Shown here: positions 1 to 17,203 of the stretch, one piece after another
How the letters are laid out: each line of letters opens with the position of its first letter
Position numbering within the stretch: the first letter of the stretch is position 1
NCBI RefSeq assembly: GCF_009914755.1
Contig: NC_060930.1
Reading direction: 5' to 3' (one strand)
DNA from: the human T2T-CHM13v2.0 reference genome, Homo sapiens
DNA length: 64,000 nt
Position numbers and translations under genes: made by a program
The notes under the pieces: generated by a model
Databases searched by the model: none
What the model was told of the DNA's origin: nothing
The model's input: only the letters and a program-made list of their open reading frames with translations

Positions 1-73
1 TTCCCTTTGTCTTTCCTTCTTAGCTCAACATCTGCTCATTGAAATAGAAGCATCTTGCCTCTCTTGACTGTAG

Positions 74-421
<348 letters not shown>

Positions 422-1110
422 TGATTATTTTTAAAACATGCTGTCCTTTCCATGAGCGTGGCTGGTCCCTGTCCCTAAGGCGGCACAGTGCCTTGAAGGG
501 CTTATCTTCTTTCACAAAGCTGTCAGCAGAAGAGCAGCAATGGTGGAAATGGGCTGGAGGCAATTGCTTTTCTGGGACCTTTGGACTGCACCCCTATGCA
601 ACCCATTCAACTGCAGAATGCAGTTCCCGCTCCTGGAGTTGATTATTATCAGTGCCAGCACTGAATTGAGGTGAAACCTAATGTGTCTGGTAGGTTTGAA
701 GGTAAAATGTACAAAGACAGAAGTAACTTTGCAGGGTCTTTGTGACGGATCCATGATGTCTGATATTTTCCTCATATTCTACAATCTCCTTTCTACAGTC
801 AACAGCAGTAAAGAAAATACAAGCATTCTGACCTCGTGGAAAAGTACTAGAATTCCTCAGGGAGACAGATCATCTGTTACCCACGTTTTAGTTTGGAAAA
901 TAGAGTAGGAATCTTTAAGCAGCTTTGGGGTCTCTTATACATAAAAAGGGACTTCAAGAAGGAGATGGCCTATTTTTCACACTAATCCACATTCAAATAT
1001 GCTTGCAATGCCAAGCCAAAGATAAGATCTTTAAGTATAACTGAATTTCTTAATAAGCACATTACTTGCTTCCCTTATCTCCTCTCCCTCCAAATTTCTG
1101 TGTCAGCATC

Positions 1111-1461
1111 TGTATTAGTCAGTTTTCACACTGCTGATAAAGATATACCTGAGACTGGGTAATTTACAAAAGAAAGAGGTTTATTGGACTTACAGCTCCA
1201 TGTGGGGAGGCCTCACAATCATGGCAGAAGATGAAAGGTACGTCTCACATGACTGCAGACAAGAGAAGAGAGGTTGTGGGGGGAAACTCCCATTTTTAAA
1301 ACCATCAGATCTCGTGAGACTCATTCACTATCATGAGAACAGCACAGGAAAGGCTTGCCCCATGATTCAATAATCTCCCACAGGGTCCCTCCCACAACAT
1401 GTGGGAATCATGGGAGCTACAAGATGAGATTTGGGTGGGGACACAGAGCCAAACCATTTCA
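1111..1461 (-). mobile_element. THE1 (MaLR) solo LTR
   Basis: tgtattagtc...gccaaaccatttca termini typical of THE1; 5-bp TSD gcatc at 1106-1110 and 1462-1466. Confidence 0.92.
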
Positions 1462-1899
1462 GCATCCACCAGCAGATTGCTCATTTCCTGCAAATGTTTT
1501 CTTGGGTCTAAATAACTCAGAATGCATGAGAAAAGAGCCATTTGGTCTGCCTAACAATCCTGTATTGGCTATGGGGCCCCACTGGAAGAGGTGGGCATTA
1601 GGGCTCAACATACAGACACAAGTGACTGCTCCTCTGTGATTCGCCACCCCTGAGAGGAGTTTATGCTTACTTCACAGAAATACAAAGAATTCACTGGCAT
1701 GCACTCATGCAACGATTTTTGAGCTCGGCCTGACATCTTTAGGCTGTATTTGATTACAGAAATTTGAACTTTTATTAAAAATAAATGTTTGCAATTTTAG
1801 ATGAAAATTACTGTAATTCCCAGGTGACAAGAGCTGCCAAAACAAAGACAAAAACAATGCATCCGAGCATAGGTGGTAAGATTGATTATCAATATTCTG

Positions 1900-2245
1900 C
1901 CCAAATTAACCAAATCTCCAGTACCGTGTAAATTCTGGAAGCCACATTTTAGGAAGGCTATTTGCAGCGAGATGCCAAGGAGACATTCAAGTTAGTAAGA
2001 AGTTTGAAAGCCATTTCGTATAAAGTTAGGAAGAACTTGGTGGGAATGTTTACCTAAAGAGGGAAAATCTCATCTATTTAAAAAGCCTGCGAGGAAGAGG
2101 ACAGTTTGCCAACCCTTGAGGTCAGAAGTAGATACAAGTGGGAATCAGGAAAACAAAACTTGGCCCAATATGACAAAGAATTTTAGAAGGATCCAACTAT
2201 CAAGTGAGCCTCCTTGGGAAACGGTGAGATGTCTGTCCCTGAAAG
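1900..2245 (+). mobile_element. L3/CR1 LINE 3' fragment, highly diverged
   Basis: ttctggaagccacattttaggaagg and gggaatgtttacctaaagag resemble the CR1/L3 3' region. Confidence 0.55.
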
Positions 2246-2254
2246 ACTAAATAT

Positions 2255-2468
2255 AACTGGAAATGTCTAAACCTGCAACTTGAGGCCCCTGGCTTGTTTC
2301 TATGGCCTGTGAGCTCAGGATGTTTTTTATTTTTTATTTTTTATTTTTTTAAACCTATTTAAAGGGTTGTAAGCAAAGCAGCTAAATAGTGTTCAACAGG
2401 GGCCACATGATGTTCACAAGCCCTAAAATATTTACTGTTTGGTCCTTTAGAAAACAGTTTTTGTACCT
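2255..2468. mobile_element. MER58-family hAT-Charlie element
   Basis: ggcctgtgagctcaggatgtttttt...cctaaaatatttactgtttggtcctttagaaaacagttt; end interrupted by an Alu. Confidence 0.7.
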
Positions 2469-2830
<362 letters not shown>

Positions 2831-3399
2831 CTATGTCCTAATTTAAAAATGAGCACAAACTACTTAACAGATGTCTGTTCCCTCTTCTCTTACTTAAATT
2901 ATCTTTATTTTCACCATCACCTCCCAGTGCCGAACACCTGAGCTCTGTGTTTTGTGGTTGGATCCTGGGTTGCCAAGTTCCTATTTGGTCAGTCCCTGGC
3001 CTGTGGGGCGGTCTCAGGAAGTGGCATGCTCTTCACGAGGGATCGTTCATCTCCAGTATAACCATTTTGTTAATAATAGTTGATAATTCCCAGCTTTTAC
3101 CAGATGAGTTTTGACTTATTTTTCCTCCTTTGACCTGTTCAAGCTACATATCTCGGTCAGTTCGAGAGGGTGGGGGATTTGAGAATGTGAGGAGGAGTGA
3201 GGTTAGAATGGGTTTGCCTATCTGGGCAAGGAAAGAGTTCCTAGTCGATTGGGCACAATGACAAAATGATTCCATGGATAGAATCGTCCCATGTTGCTGG
3301 AACACCTCACGTGTTGTGAACGCCTTAAATTCCTGCCATCCCTTCTCTGATTCCCCACCTCCCTGTAGTTTCCACAGGATTTATCTCTCTGTACCCCCG

Positions 3400-3975
3400 T
3401 CCTCCAACTCTACTCTGTCAGCCTCTCCTCCATCCCTTACTTCCCTTCTAAATTCCAGGAGATGACCTCACTTTGCAAAGCAAATTGGAGCCACCAAATT
3501 GTAGCTCTCCTCGGTGGAAACTGCATCTGTGCTCATCCCTGCACCTTCTTGCAGAAAGCCGCCCCCTCAGGCCAAGATGAGTGCCTGGCCCCCATGGGAG
3601 ACTCAGACACTTTGACCCCTTGTGACTTCAGCATCTCCCTCTTTAAAGATTCTCTCCCAACATTCAGTCGTGCTCGAGTCTCCCCATCACTCCTGCCCCT
3701 TCAGCTCCCATCACGCTGTCCTCCACTTTGATCTGAGTTTCTGGAATCATCACCTTTGTTTTAGCTCTGACTCTCCTCCACATCCCATTCATTTCTCACT
3801 CCACTGTGCCATGGTTTCCAGGGCCACCTCCTCACACCCTCACTCTCCCAGGTCCCCAGTCACCCATGGGAGCTGAATCCGGTGGCTGCTGGGCAGTCTG
3901 TTCTGTCTTGGTCTTTCAGCAGCACTTGGCAGCGTTCACCAGCTTGTCCTCTTGAACTTTCTCTTGCCTGGATTT
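3400..3975 (+). mobile_element. L2 LINE fragment, diverged
   Basis: Pyrimidine-rich L2 ORF2-like text, e.g. tctttcagcagcacttggcagcgttcacc. Confidence 0.45.
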
Positions 3976-3984
3976 TTCCCTTCC

Positions 3985-4310
3985 CCGCTCCGGAAGAGCA
4001 GCCGGGCCTTCTCACCCCTTGTTTAAGGAGATGTGGTGCGTTGAGGTGAAAACAGATGGTACCTGAATGGCACTTTCTCCTCAGACTTTTCTTTCAAAAG
4101 CCTAAACACGCTGAGGAGAATGTGTAAGGGCGGAAGTGGGAGTAAGTGAGTGCTTTGGGGGTTGTTGTGGGGTTGAGGTAAGACTTGAGAGGAGCAGTGG
4201 ACGAGGAGACCTTTCCCCGAAGTCTGCGCACTGGATGCCAGGCTGGGCTTCCTGGGAGGCCCTGCAGACCACTCCTTCCTGCCTCTCTTGGATGGGGCGG
4301 AATGCAGATG
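3985..4310. promoter_or_regulatory. Candidate promoter/enhancer with ETS and GC-box motifs
   Basis: CCGGAAG at 3990-3996, GGCGGAAGTG at 4129-4138, GGGGCGG at 4294-4300; locally retained CpGs. Confidence 0.35.
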
Positions 4311-6199
4311 GCTGTGGTGAGCCCATGAGGCTCTCGGCTTGCCCAACCCCCATTCTTCCTCCCCACCCCTTTGTCGTGCGAGCAGGAGGGTGGGGTGCCT
4401 GCCTTCCTTCAGGGGTCCATGGAGGCTCCGGCAGTGAACACAGAGTTGGTGACACGTTACTCCTCTAATTCACCGAGCAAGTGTCAACTGACTCCAAAAT
4501 ATATGCCAGACACATTTTGAGATACCGTGGCACAGAAATACACAGGGCCCTTGCCTAAATACGCAGGGCCCCTGCCTTCATGGAGCCTGTGTCCAGGTGG
4601 GAGCAGACAGAAAACATGCAGCCAGTGTGCCAGGGGTCAGGTGGTGAAAGTGAATGAACATGAGTAGAACATGAGTAGTACCATAGGCAAGTGGGCCCTG
4701 AAGACAACAAAGAGGACCGTCAAATGCTCGGTTCCTGCAGAGGCCTCAGACACTGTGTGGCTGGGAGAAGGGAGGCGATTATGGCCGGAGCACCAAAAAT
4801 GACTGGGACTTAAAAACCTCAGGCGCAATTTTCAAAACAATGACAAAGTAATGCTCACTTCCTCACCTCTGCACTCAGCAGGACTAGCCCACTTTCCATT
4901 GTGTTGCTATGCCTTGGATACCTAAGGGAGGGGGTCTTACCCACAGGGTGAATCCAATCCAAATCCGTTCACCCCACCAATCAGCCACCTTCAAGCTCCA
5001 GGCATGGAGAGGACAGGGGAGGGACAAGAACCTCCCACCACAGGTGGCCCAATCAGGCTTCAGCTCCCTCCCAAACAGTGTCTGGGATCTTACCATGTAT
5101 TTGTGTGACTCGAATGTGTGATTTTTCCTGAAACAAAGTGTACCTATCTCCAGTGACAGAAAACTGCTGGCAACTTTTAGAAAACATAAAAATTAATAGA
5201 AAAACTTTTATTTTTAACTTTTATTTTGATCATTTTTAAAACTTTGCCAGACCAATTTTTACGGCCTACTAAATTGTAAAGATCATGAAGACTGAGGTCA
5301 GGCTGTTTGTTCACTGTCTTGTCCCTAGCATCTAATCCAGCCTGGCCCATAGCAGGTGCTCCATACATGACTCTTCGTTGGAAGGACGGATCCTTAACCA
5401 ACCTGCTGCTCGCCTCCCTGACTGCATTTCTTCTATGTGTGCTACTTCGTTCAGCCTGCTGGCCCTGCTTACATCCGTTCAGGGAACAGAATGAAGGAGG
5501 CCAGGGTCATTTTCTCCAGGAAGTCCCGCCGACAGGCAAAAATGCCCCAGTGTCTGACAATAGACTTCTGTTAGTTTGTTTCCAGTTCTGTGATCATGTT
5601 TTTCATTTTTTATAATTTTTCCATTTAGAAATTTGAGACCCAACAGCCAAAGTACTTTATATGCCATTGTAAAGTAGAACCTGGAATATAAAAGTCTGGT
5701 AGCTCAAGGCTATTATGTTTCTTTCTTTCTGTTGGAAAGAAGACTTGCAGTTGGGGCAAAAAATGGGACAGTTGAGGAAAGAAACCACGCAAATGGTTCT
5801 GAGCCATCGTGGCCCCCAGAAGACTCCTACTTTCCCTAGTCCTCCAGAATCCAGGTTGACACCAGCAGTGGGGGGATCTGTGCTCAGGCTAAGGAAGGGG
5901 TGGCCAGAAAAGGGATCAGGATGGCTCCCTATATTGACTGTTTGCTTTCTCCCTCTGCTTCTAGCTTGTTTTTCATGTTTTTGCCATCCCCTTGCACTGG
6001 CCAGGCCAGGACTCCTCAAAGTGCTTGAAAGTTACACCTTATTCTATTATCCTTTCTGAGAAAAGCAGCTTTGGGAAGGAGCAAATGTAGGCTGCCCTGC
6101 CACAGCTCATCAGACAAGAATGATGCTGCAAGGTGACCACGGGGACACTCCAGATGGGGCCATAGGATGTCCCAGTAGGAGGAGATAGGGGGAGAGATT

Positions 6200-6512
6200 C
6201 TCTCTCTCTATCTAATCTTTATATCTATCTATCTGTTCATCTATCTTATCTATCTAATCTATCATCTATCTATCTACTCTATCATCTATCCATTTATCTG
6301 TCTAATCTATCTTATCTATCTAATCTATCGCCTATCTACTCTATGTATCTATCATCTATCTGTCTATCTAACTGGTCTTTATCTTATCTATCTATTTTAT
6401 CTATCTAATCCATCATCTATCTTATCTATCATCTGTCTATCTATCTTATCTTTTTCTATCTAATCTATCACCTATTTTATCTATTTACCTGTCATCTACC
6501 TATCTACTCTAG

Positions 6513-6587
<75 letters not shown>

Positions 6588-6590
6588 AAT
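6200..6590. repeat. Compound (TCTA/GATA)n microsatellite
   Basis: About 390 bp of degenerate tcta units ending in a pure (tcta)n run near 6546-6587. Confidence 0.97.
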
Positions 6591-6965
6591 CACCATCCTT
6601 CCCTCTAGTAATGCCAACCAAGATTTCAACAGTGATACCAGGAGAAGGTTGGAGAGCAAGAGAGACACCGGAAGAGCCAAGCTGGTCTGGGAGTGCCCAT
6701 CTTTCTGTTTGCTCCTGGAATGTTTGCTCTCACTCAGAAACCTTGGTTTCTGCTCCACGACTCTTCTCTATCCTTGCTTTCCACAACCTTAGTCACACTT
6801 CCACAAAGACAATAAAACCACCTAAGAGATATGGATCTTGTATGCATAAATTAAGCAAACATTTATCATTTACTAACTACATAAGGCACTGTGATGGGAG
6901 ATGAGCAGCCCAACAGTAAACAGATGTCCCATTCACATGGGGGAAATTCAAGGAGATTTAATAAA

Positions 6966-7438
6966 TGAGAGCCAACCGAAATAAAGGCTATTGAGGCAGA
7001 AACCATTTGATCAAGGTTTATTCGAAACCAAATGTGAGAATTGACCTAGGAAGACACACCAACAAAGTGGCATGTCCCCAGATCTGTTACAAGTTGGAAT
7101 GTTTTTATAAGAAAGTTTAGGAGAGGGAAGAGGGACTCCTCTTACCAGGGCTGTCCATTGGAGGGTAGGATGCATAGGTTATAATCATTGGCTGCAGATG
7201 ACAACATATAGGCTAAAATGCTTCACGAGCAAGATAGTCAGCAAAACTTTATCATTCAGAAACAAATATGTGTCTTTTTCAACGTTAGTTGGCTGCATAT
7301 TAATCAGTATGTCTCATGAAACAATTTGAGGGACTCACGATAAGACTCTACGCAAGGACAGGATGTAAGCAGTGATTCATAAGACCTTCCCTAGGCGGCT
7401 CATTTGGAAGTCTGCCAAATGTGACCCGCAGGTTATCA
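6966..7438 (-). mobile_element. ERV1-class solo LTR (family not assigned)
   Basis: TG...CA termini, tttatt (AATAAA on minus) near 7017, tttataa and attgg promoter motifs on minus. Confidence 0.6.
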
Positions 7439-9163
7439 GAAGCTATGTATGCAGGCGTGGACAGGTACCACAGGAATACCACGGAGCCCAAAGGGCCAGA
7501 GGAAATAGTGGTTGGCAGAATCTAGGAGAGTCTTACAGATAAGTCCAGTTTTAGAGAAATGATGATCTCACTCAAGGGACCGCAACAGCCTGAGGCAGCC
7601 CTGCAGTGAGGGAGCCTGGGCTTCCTCAGCCCCACACCCCTCCTGGCCTTCCCTTCTCCCCTCCCCCTCCTATTTTCTGCCAGTGTCCTCATTGGTCAAA
7701 TCCATCTGGAAGCCAGGTGGCAAAGAAGCTGATGGACGAGGCTGATATAGATCAGCCCCCGCAGCAGAGCAGAGTGGAGAAAGGAAGAGAGCAGATTGGG
7801 AAGAACAAAATAAAAGCATCCGCCACATCTGGGAATTGATAATGCATTTCCCACAATTGTTAGTTACACCTAGCACATTGTGATACTGTGAGCAAACACA
7901 AGAACAATTTTTAGAGAGCTCATTTAAAAAGAAAAGGGCTTCAGAGTCCCTTCTCTTCCTAGAGATGGTAGAAAGCTTTAAAGGGTATTTTGCCTTGTCA
8001 GTCGTATATAATTAGGGAAACTGAGACCCAGAAAGCTGAAATAACCAGGGGAAGTCACAGAGCTAGTTATAGGCCTGGGAAGAGAACTTCAGGCCGCTGC
8101 TGTTTCCACCAGAGAGATGGCAGATACGGCCCTGGGGCTCCACTCCTCTTTCCCTGAGCAGGGACACACATTGCTAATCAGTCAAGGCATTTTTCTCCAT
8201 GGAATTTGCCTTCCCTGTCAACACTGACTTCTTGGCCTTTCTCTCGTTGAAAAGCACCTGCGGTCAAGTCCAAACCTACTCACTAACTCTGTGCTCTGCT
8301 GCTGTATTCACTGCAAATGTCTCAGTTTTGATTCCTGACAAGAACTAACCCTCTACACTCAGGGACCCCTGACATGTGATCCGAATAGAGGAGAAATGAT
8401 ATAGTTTCAAGGAAATCAGTGTTTTCTACCCAAGGGGGTCTGGCTTTTTGTTTAAGTTGACAAATTTTGGCTCCCTTCAGAACTAAGTTCTCATGTGGTT
8501 CAATTCATCGAGGATTTGGTCAGCCTCTATTGTATACTCAGTGCTGCCTAGCTGGGTATTTGTTGACTTTAAAATGTTGAATGAAACTTAGGGAAAAAGA
8601 TATCCATGCTATCCTCCGCAACCTGGGCTGATCGGGGTCGGGGGGAGGTGCTGTTGCCTAGCTGCGCTCTGCACCCACTCCTGGGACCTGGATCCGGAGG
8701 AGCTCTGAGTTTCCCCCTCATTCCCGGCCTCAGTGTGGATGTACTTTCTTTCTCTCCAAGGCCACCTTGCAGCCCTAGACAGCATAGCTTGCATTCCATC
8801 TGCTCAAACTAACAAGACCCTAATAAGGCCACCCCACTGTCACCTCCTTGGAAGGTTTGGAAATCTATAGATTTGGGTCAGGATGAAAAGTACGTGAATT
8901 TGGTAGGGGGATTTAAAGACGGGTGTGGAAAGTCTAATGTGAGAGCTAGTACTGCTGTGGTCCAAGTTTGAGGTTCATTCAGGGAAGAATGTGTGTGAGC
9001 TCCCTGGGGTGAGGAGCTCCCTGGGGTGAGGTGATGGCAGCACCAGCTCCTCACTCAGGGGCAGGTCTTCATGGGCCCCAAGGTCAGATTTAAGGTGATG
9101 TTGGGAGTATGGATGCAACCAAACTTGTGCCCTCAATATTTGAGGATTTTCAGAAGCTTTCTC

Positions 9164-9702
<539 letters not shown>

Positions 9703-10424
9703 CTGAAGGGCTTTCTTCATGGCTCATCGTTTACCCATCCTTCCTTTAACACAGCAGACACTGAGGGTACCGCATGAGCCAGGGAGTGCCACGGGGTGAT
9801 GAGTGCATCCGGCTCATGCCCATCTCGTTGTTCACAGCCGACATTAACACAGGGCTAGCAAAGCTGAACTTTCCTATAAGATTGGGGAAGTAGACCTAAA
9901 TGTTGGATACTTTTTGTTTATTTGTTTCTCTGTGTGCTGGCATCTCAATTGTTCTATTTTCATGTGAAGTGCAGCTGCTTTGAGACTCTAAATTCCATTT
10001 ACAACATTTTTGGGTTGGCCTGTTGTATAGGAAATATTTATTTGGTGACCGCAGCTCCTTTCTCTTTTTGATGCTGAATCAGAAAATACTGTCTATCCAT
10101 TGAGAATGCTCTAGTTAATGAGAAACAAATGGTGGTCTGAGAGGTACAAAGCTTGTTGACCAGTTTTAGTGAATTTTTATAATTTTCTGTTGCCTTCATT
10201 TTGAAAACAGGTTTAACTCTCTTGTACCCAAAGCAGGGCTCAGCTGTGTTTTTGGCACAGTTTCCAGCTCTACGTCACAACCAAATGGCTCAAGCCGGTG
10301 GCCAGAGATTAAACAAAGAGGCACCTCTCTCGGCCAGCAGACTGGGCTCCCCGCATTCCCACTGCTTCCTGAAGGCATTTACTGGAGAGCTTAGCGTGGC
10401 CCCAACCCTAGTCCCTTATACATA

Positions 10425-11344
10425 CAGCAGTCCTCCTTACCAAAGGTCATGCTTTCTGCAGTTTCAGTTACCTGTGGTACATTATAAGATATTTTGAGAG
10501 AGAGAGCACAGTCACTTAACTTTTATTACAGTGTATGGTAAAAATTGTTCTGTTTTATTAGTAGTTATTGTTGCTAATCTCTTACTGTGCCTACCTGATA
10601 TATTAAACTTTATCATAGGCTTTTATGTATAGAAAAAACATAGTGTATATATGTGTATATACACACATATGTACACCATATATATATACACACACACATA
10701 TACCATATGTATACACATATATGGTGTATATATGTGTGTATATATACAGATGTATACATATGCATACAGCTATGGTGTATACATATAGGTATATATACAC
10801 CTATATATATATGTATATATACACCTATATGCATATATGTCTATACACACCTATATACATATATATGCCTATATACATATACATATATATACACCTATAT
10901 GCATATACGTATATATGCACCTATATACATTTACGTATATATACACCTATATACATATATGTATATACACACCTATATACATATATGTATATACACACCT
11001 ATATACAGATATGTATATACACACCTATATACAGATATGTATATACACACCTATATACAGATATGTATATACACACCTATATACATATATGTATATACAC
11101 ACCTATATACATATATGTATATACACACCTATATACATATATGTATATATACACCTATATACATATGCATACAGCTATAGTGCATACATATATATGGTTG
11201 TATATATGTGTATATATATATACATATATGTACACCTATATATATATATAACTTTATATATATATAGATTTGGTACCATCCATGGTTTCAGGCATCCACT
11301 AGGGGTCTGGGAACCTATTCCCCAGAGATAAGGGGGGACTACTG
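10425..11344. mobile_element. MER44A (Tigger7-derived) DNA transposon with an internally expanded TA-rich repeat
   Basis: Termini cagcagtcctccttac / ataaggggggactactg, TA on both flanks, aagatattttgagagagagag internal signature. Confidence 0.85.
10645..11266. repeat. TA/CA-rich VNTR with a 26-bp core unit (acacctatatacatatatgtatatac)
   Basis: About 8-9 near-identical 26-bp units at about 10940-11165 inside 620 bp of largely alternating purine-pyrimidine sequence. Confidence 0.95.
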
Positions 11345-12245
11345 TACTGCTAGTTGTCACTCTCTCTTTGCCTGACTCTTCATTCTTGACTTGCATGAAT
11401 CTTCGAATTTTTTTTTCGTTGTGGAGGTGTACTGAATTTGTACCCTCCGTCTGAATAACCAAGGGCTGCCCCAGGTCAGTTTTTTTTTTCTGAACACCAA
11501 GGAGAACACAAGGCTGAGTTCCCAGTGCCACAGCAATGCCAGGCAGGCATAAACTAGACACAGGTCACACAATGGCCACAAGGGCATCTGCCAGCATAAA
11601 TGGGTTTCCCATGTAAGGGACCCCCAGTCTCAAGTCAGATGACTAGGGACTAGACAGTCCTTCAGGAAAAAAAAAATATCCCTTGAAAGGCACACTGGAG
11701 ATACCCACGCTCAGCCCCCCTTCCTTTTCCACTAGGGAGCCGTTGGCAGCTGCTCTGGTACTAAAATTTCAGTTTGGCTGGGGGCTCTCAAAACACTAGC
11801 CCTGAAGATTTTCTTGGTGAAAATTCAGGGCTTCATCTGTAGTCAGGATATTTCAGAGTTAATTTGTAATTACTGAATTGGAAAATAGTTTGTATCCTGG
11901 TTCACAGCTGAAATACAAGGTAAATAGTATTAACGTATTCATCAATACATCAATAATAGAAAATTTCCATAAGTGCTTACTAAATACCAGGGACACTTCT
12001 TTTATTATTATTGTTATTATTATTATCATTATTATTATTATTATTATACTTTAAGTTCTGGGGTACATGTGCTGAACGTGCAGGTTTGTTACATAGGTAT
12101 ACACGTGGCTTGGTGGTTTGCTGCACCCATCAACCCATCATCTACATTAGGTATTTCTCCTAATGCTATCCCTCCCCTAGCCCCCCACCCCCTGACAGGC
12201 TCCAGTGTGTGATGTTCCCCCACTGTGTCCACATGTTCTCATTGT

Positions 12246-16109
<3,864 letters not shown>

Positions 16110-16172
16110 TATGATTCTAGCTGGTTATTTTGCCCATTAGTTGATGCAGTTTCTTCATAGTGTTGATGGTCT

Positions 16173-17203
16173 TTATAATTTGGAATGTTTTTGCAGTGGC
16201 TGGTACCGGTTGTTCCTTTCCATGTTTAGTGCTCCCTTCAGGAGCTCTTGTAGGGCAGGCCCAGTCGTGACAAAATCTCTCAGCATTTGCTTGTCTGTAA
16301 AGGATTTTATTTCTCCTTTGCTTATGAAGCTTACTTTGGCGGGATATGAAATTCTGAGTTGAAAATTCTTTTCTTTAAGAATGTTGAATATTGGCCCCCA
16401 CTCTCTTCTGGATTGTGGGGTTTCTGCCAAGAGATCTGCTGTTAGTCTGATGGGCTTCCCTTTGAGAGAAAGGTAACCCTACCTTTCTCTCTGGCTGCCC
16501 TTAACATTTTTTCCTTCATTTCAACCTGGGTGAATTTGACGATTATGTGTCTTGAGGTCGTTCTTCTCAAGGAACATCTTTGTGGTGTTCTCTGTATTTC
16601 CTGAATTTGAATGTTGGCCTGTCTTTCTAGGTTGAGGAAGTTCTCCTGGATAATATCCTGCAGAGTGTTTTCCAACTTGGTTCCATTCTCCCTGTCACTT
16701 TCAGGTATACCAATCAAACCTAGATTTAGTTTTTTCACATAGTCCCATATTTCTTGGAGGCTTTGTTTGTTTCTTTTCATTCTTTTTTCGCTAATCTTGT
16801 CTTCTTACTTTATTTCATTAAGTTGATCTTCAATTTCTGATATCTTTTCTTCCGCTTGGTCGATTTGGCTATTGATACTTGTGTATGCTTCACGAAGTTC
16901 TCGTGCTGTGTTTTTCAGCTCCATCAGGTCATTTATGTTCTTCTCTGAACAGGTTATTCTAGTTAGCAATTCCTCTAACCTTTTTTCAAGGTTCTTAACT
17001 TCCTTGCATTGGGTTAGAACATGCTCCTCTAACTTGGAGGAGTTTGTTATTACCTACCTTCTGAAGCCTACTTCTGTCAATTCGTCAAACTCATTCTCTG
17101 TCCAGTTTTGTTCCCTTGCTGGCAAGGAGTTGTTATCCTTTGGAGGAGAAGAGGCATTTTGGGTTTTGGAATTTTCAGCCTTTTTGAGCTGGTTTCTCCC
17201 CAT
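16173..17203 (-). pseudogene. L1 ORF1, disrupted
   Basis: ATG GGG AGA AAC CAG at 17203; fragments SLQEIWDYVK and RISYPAKVSF; frameshifted. Confidence 0.93.

Noticed and set aside
1111-1461. THE1 LTR as a PRDM9 hotspot or DUX4 target
   Set aside because: The hotspot-motif region appears partly deleted (catgtggggagg) and the DUX4-like site reads TGATTCAATAA
10603-11331. Long ORFs of 164-208 aa rich in Y/I/H/T, and a superficial CRISPR-like periodicity
   Set aside because: Translation of the TA-rich VNTR; units are contiguous with no unique spacers and there are no cas genes
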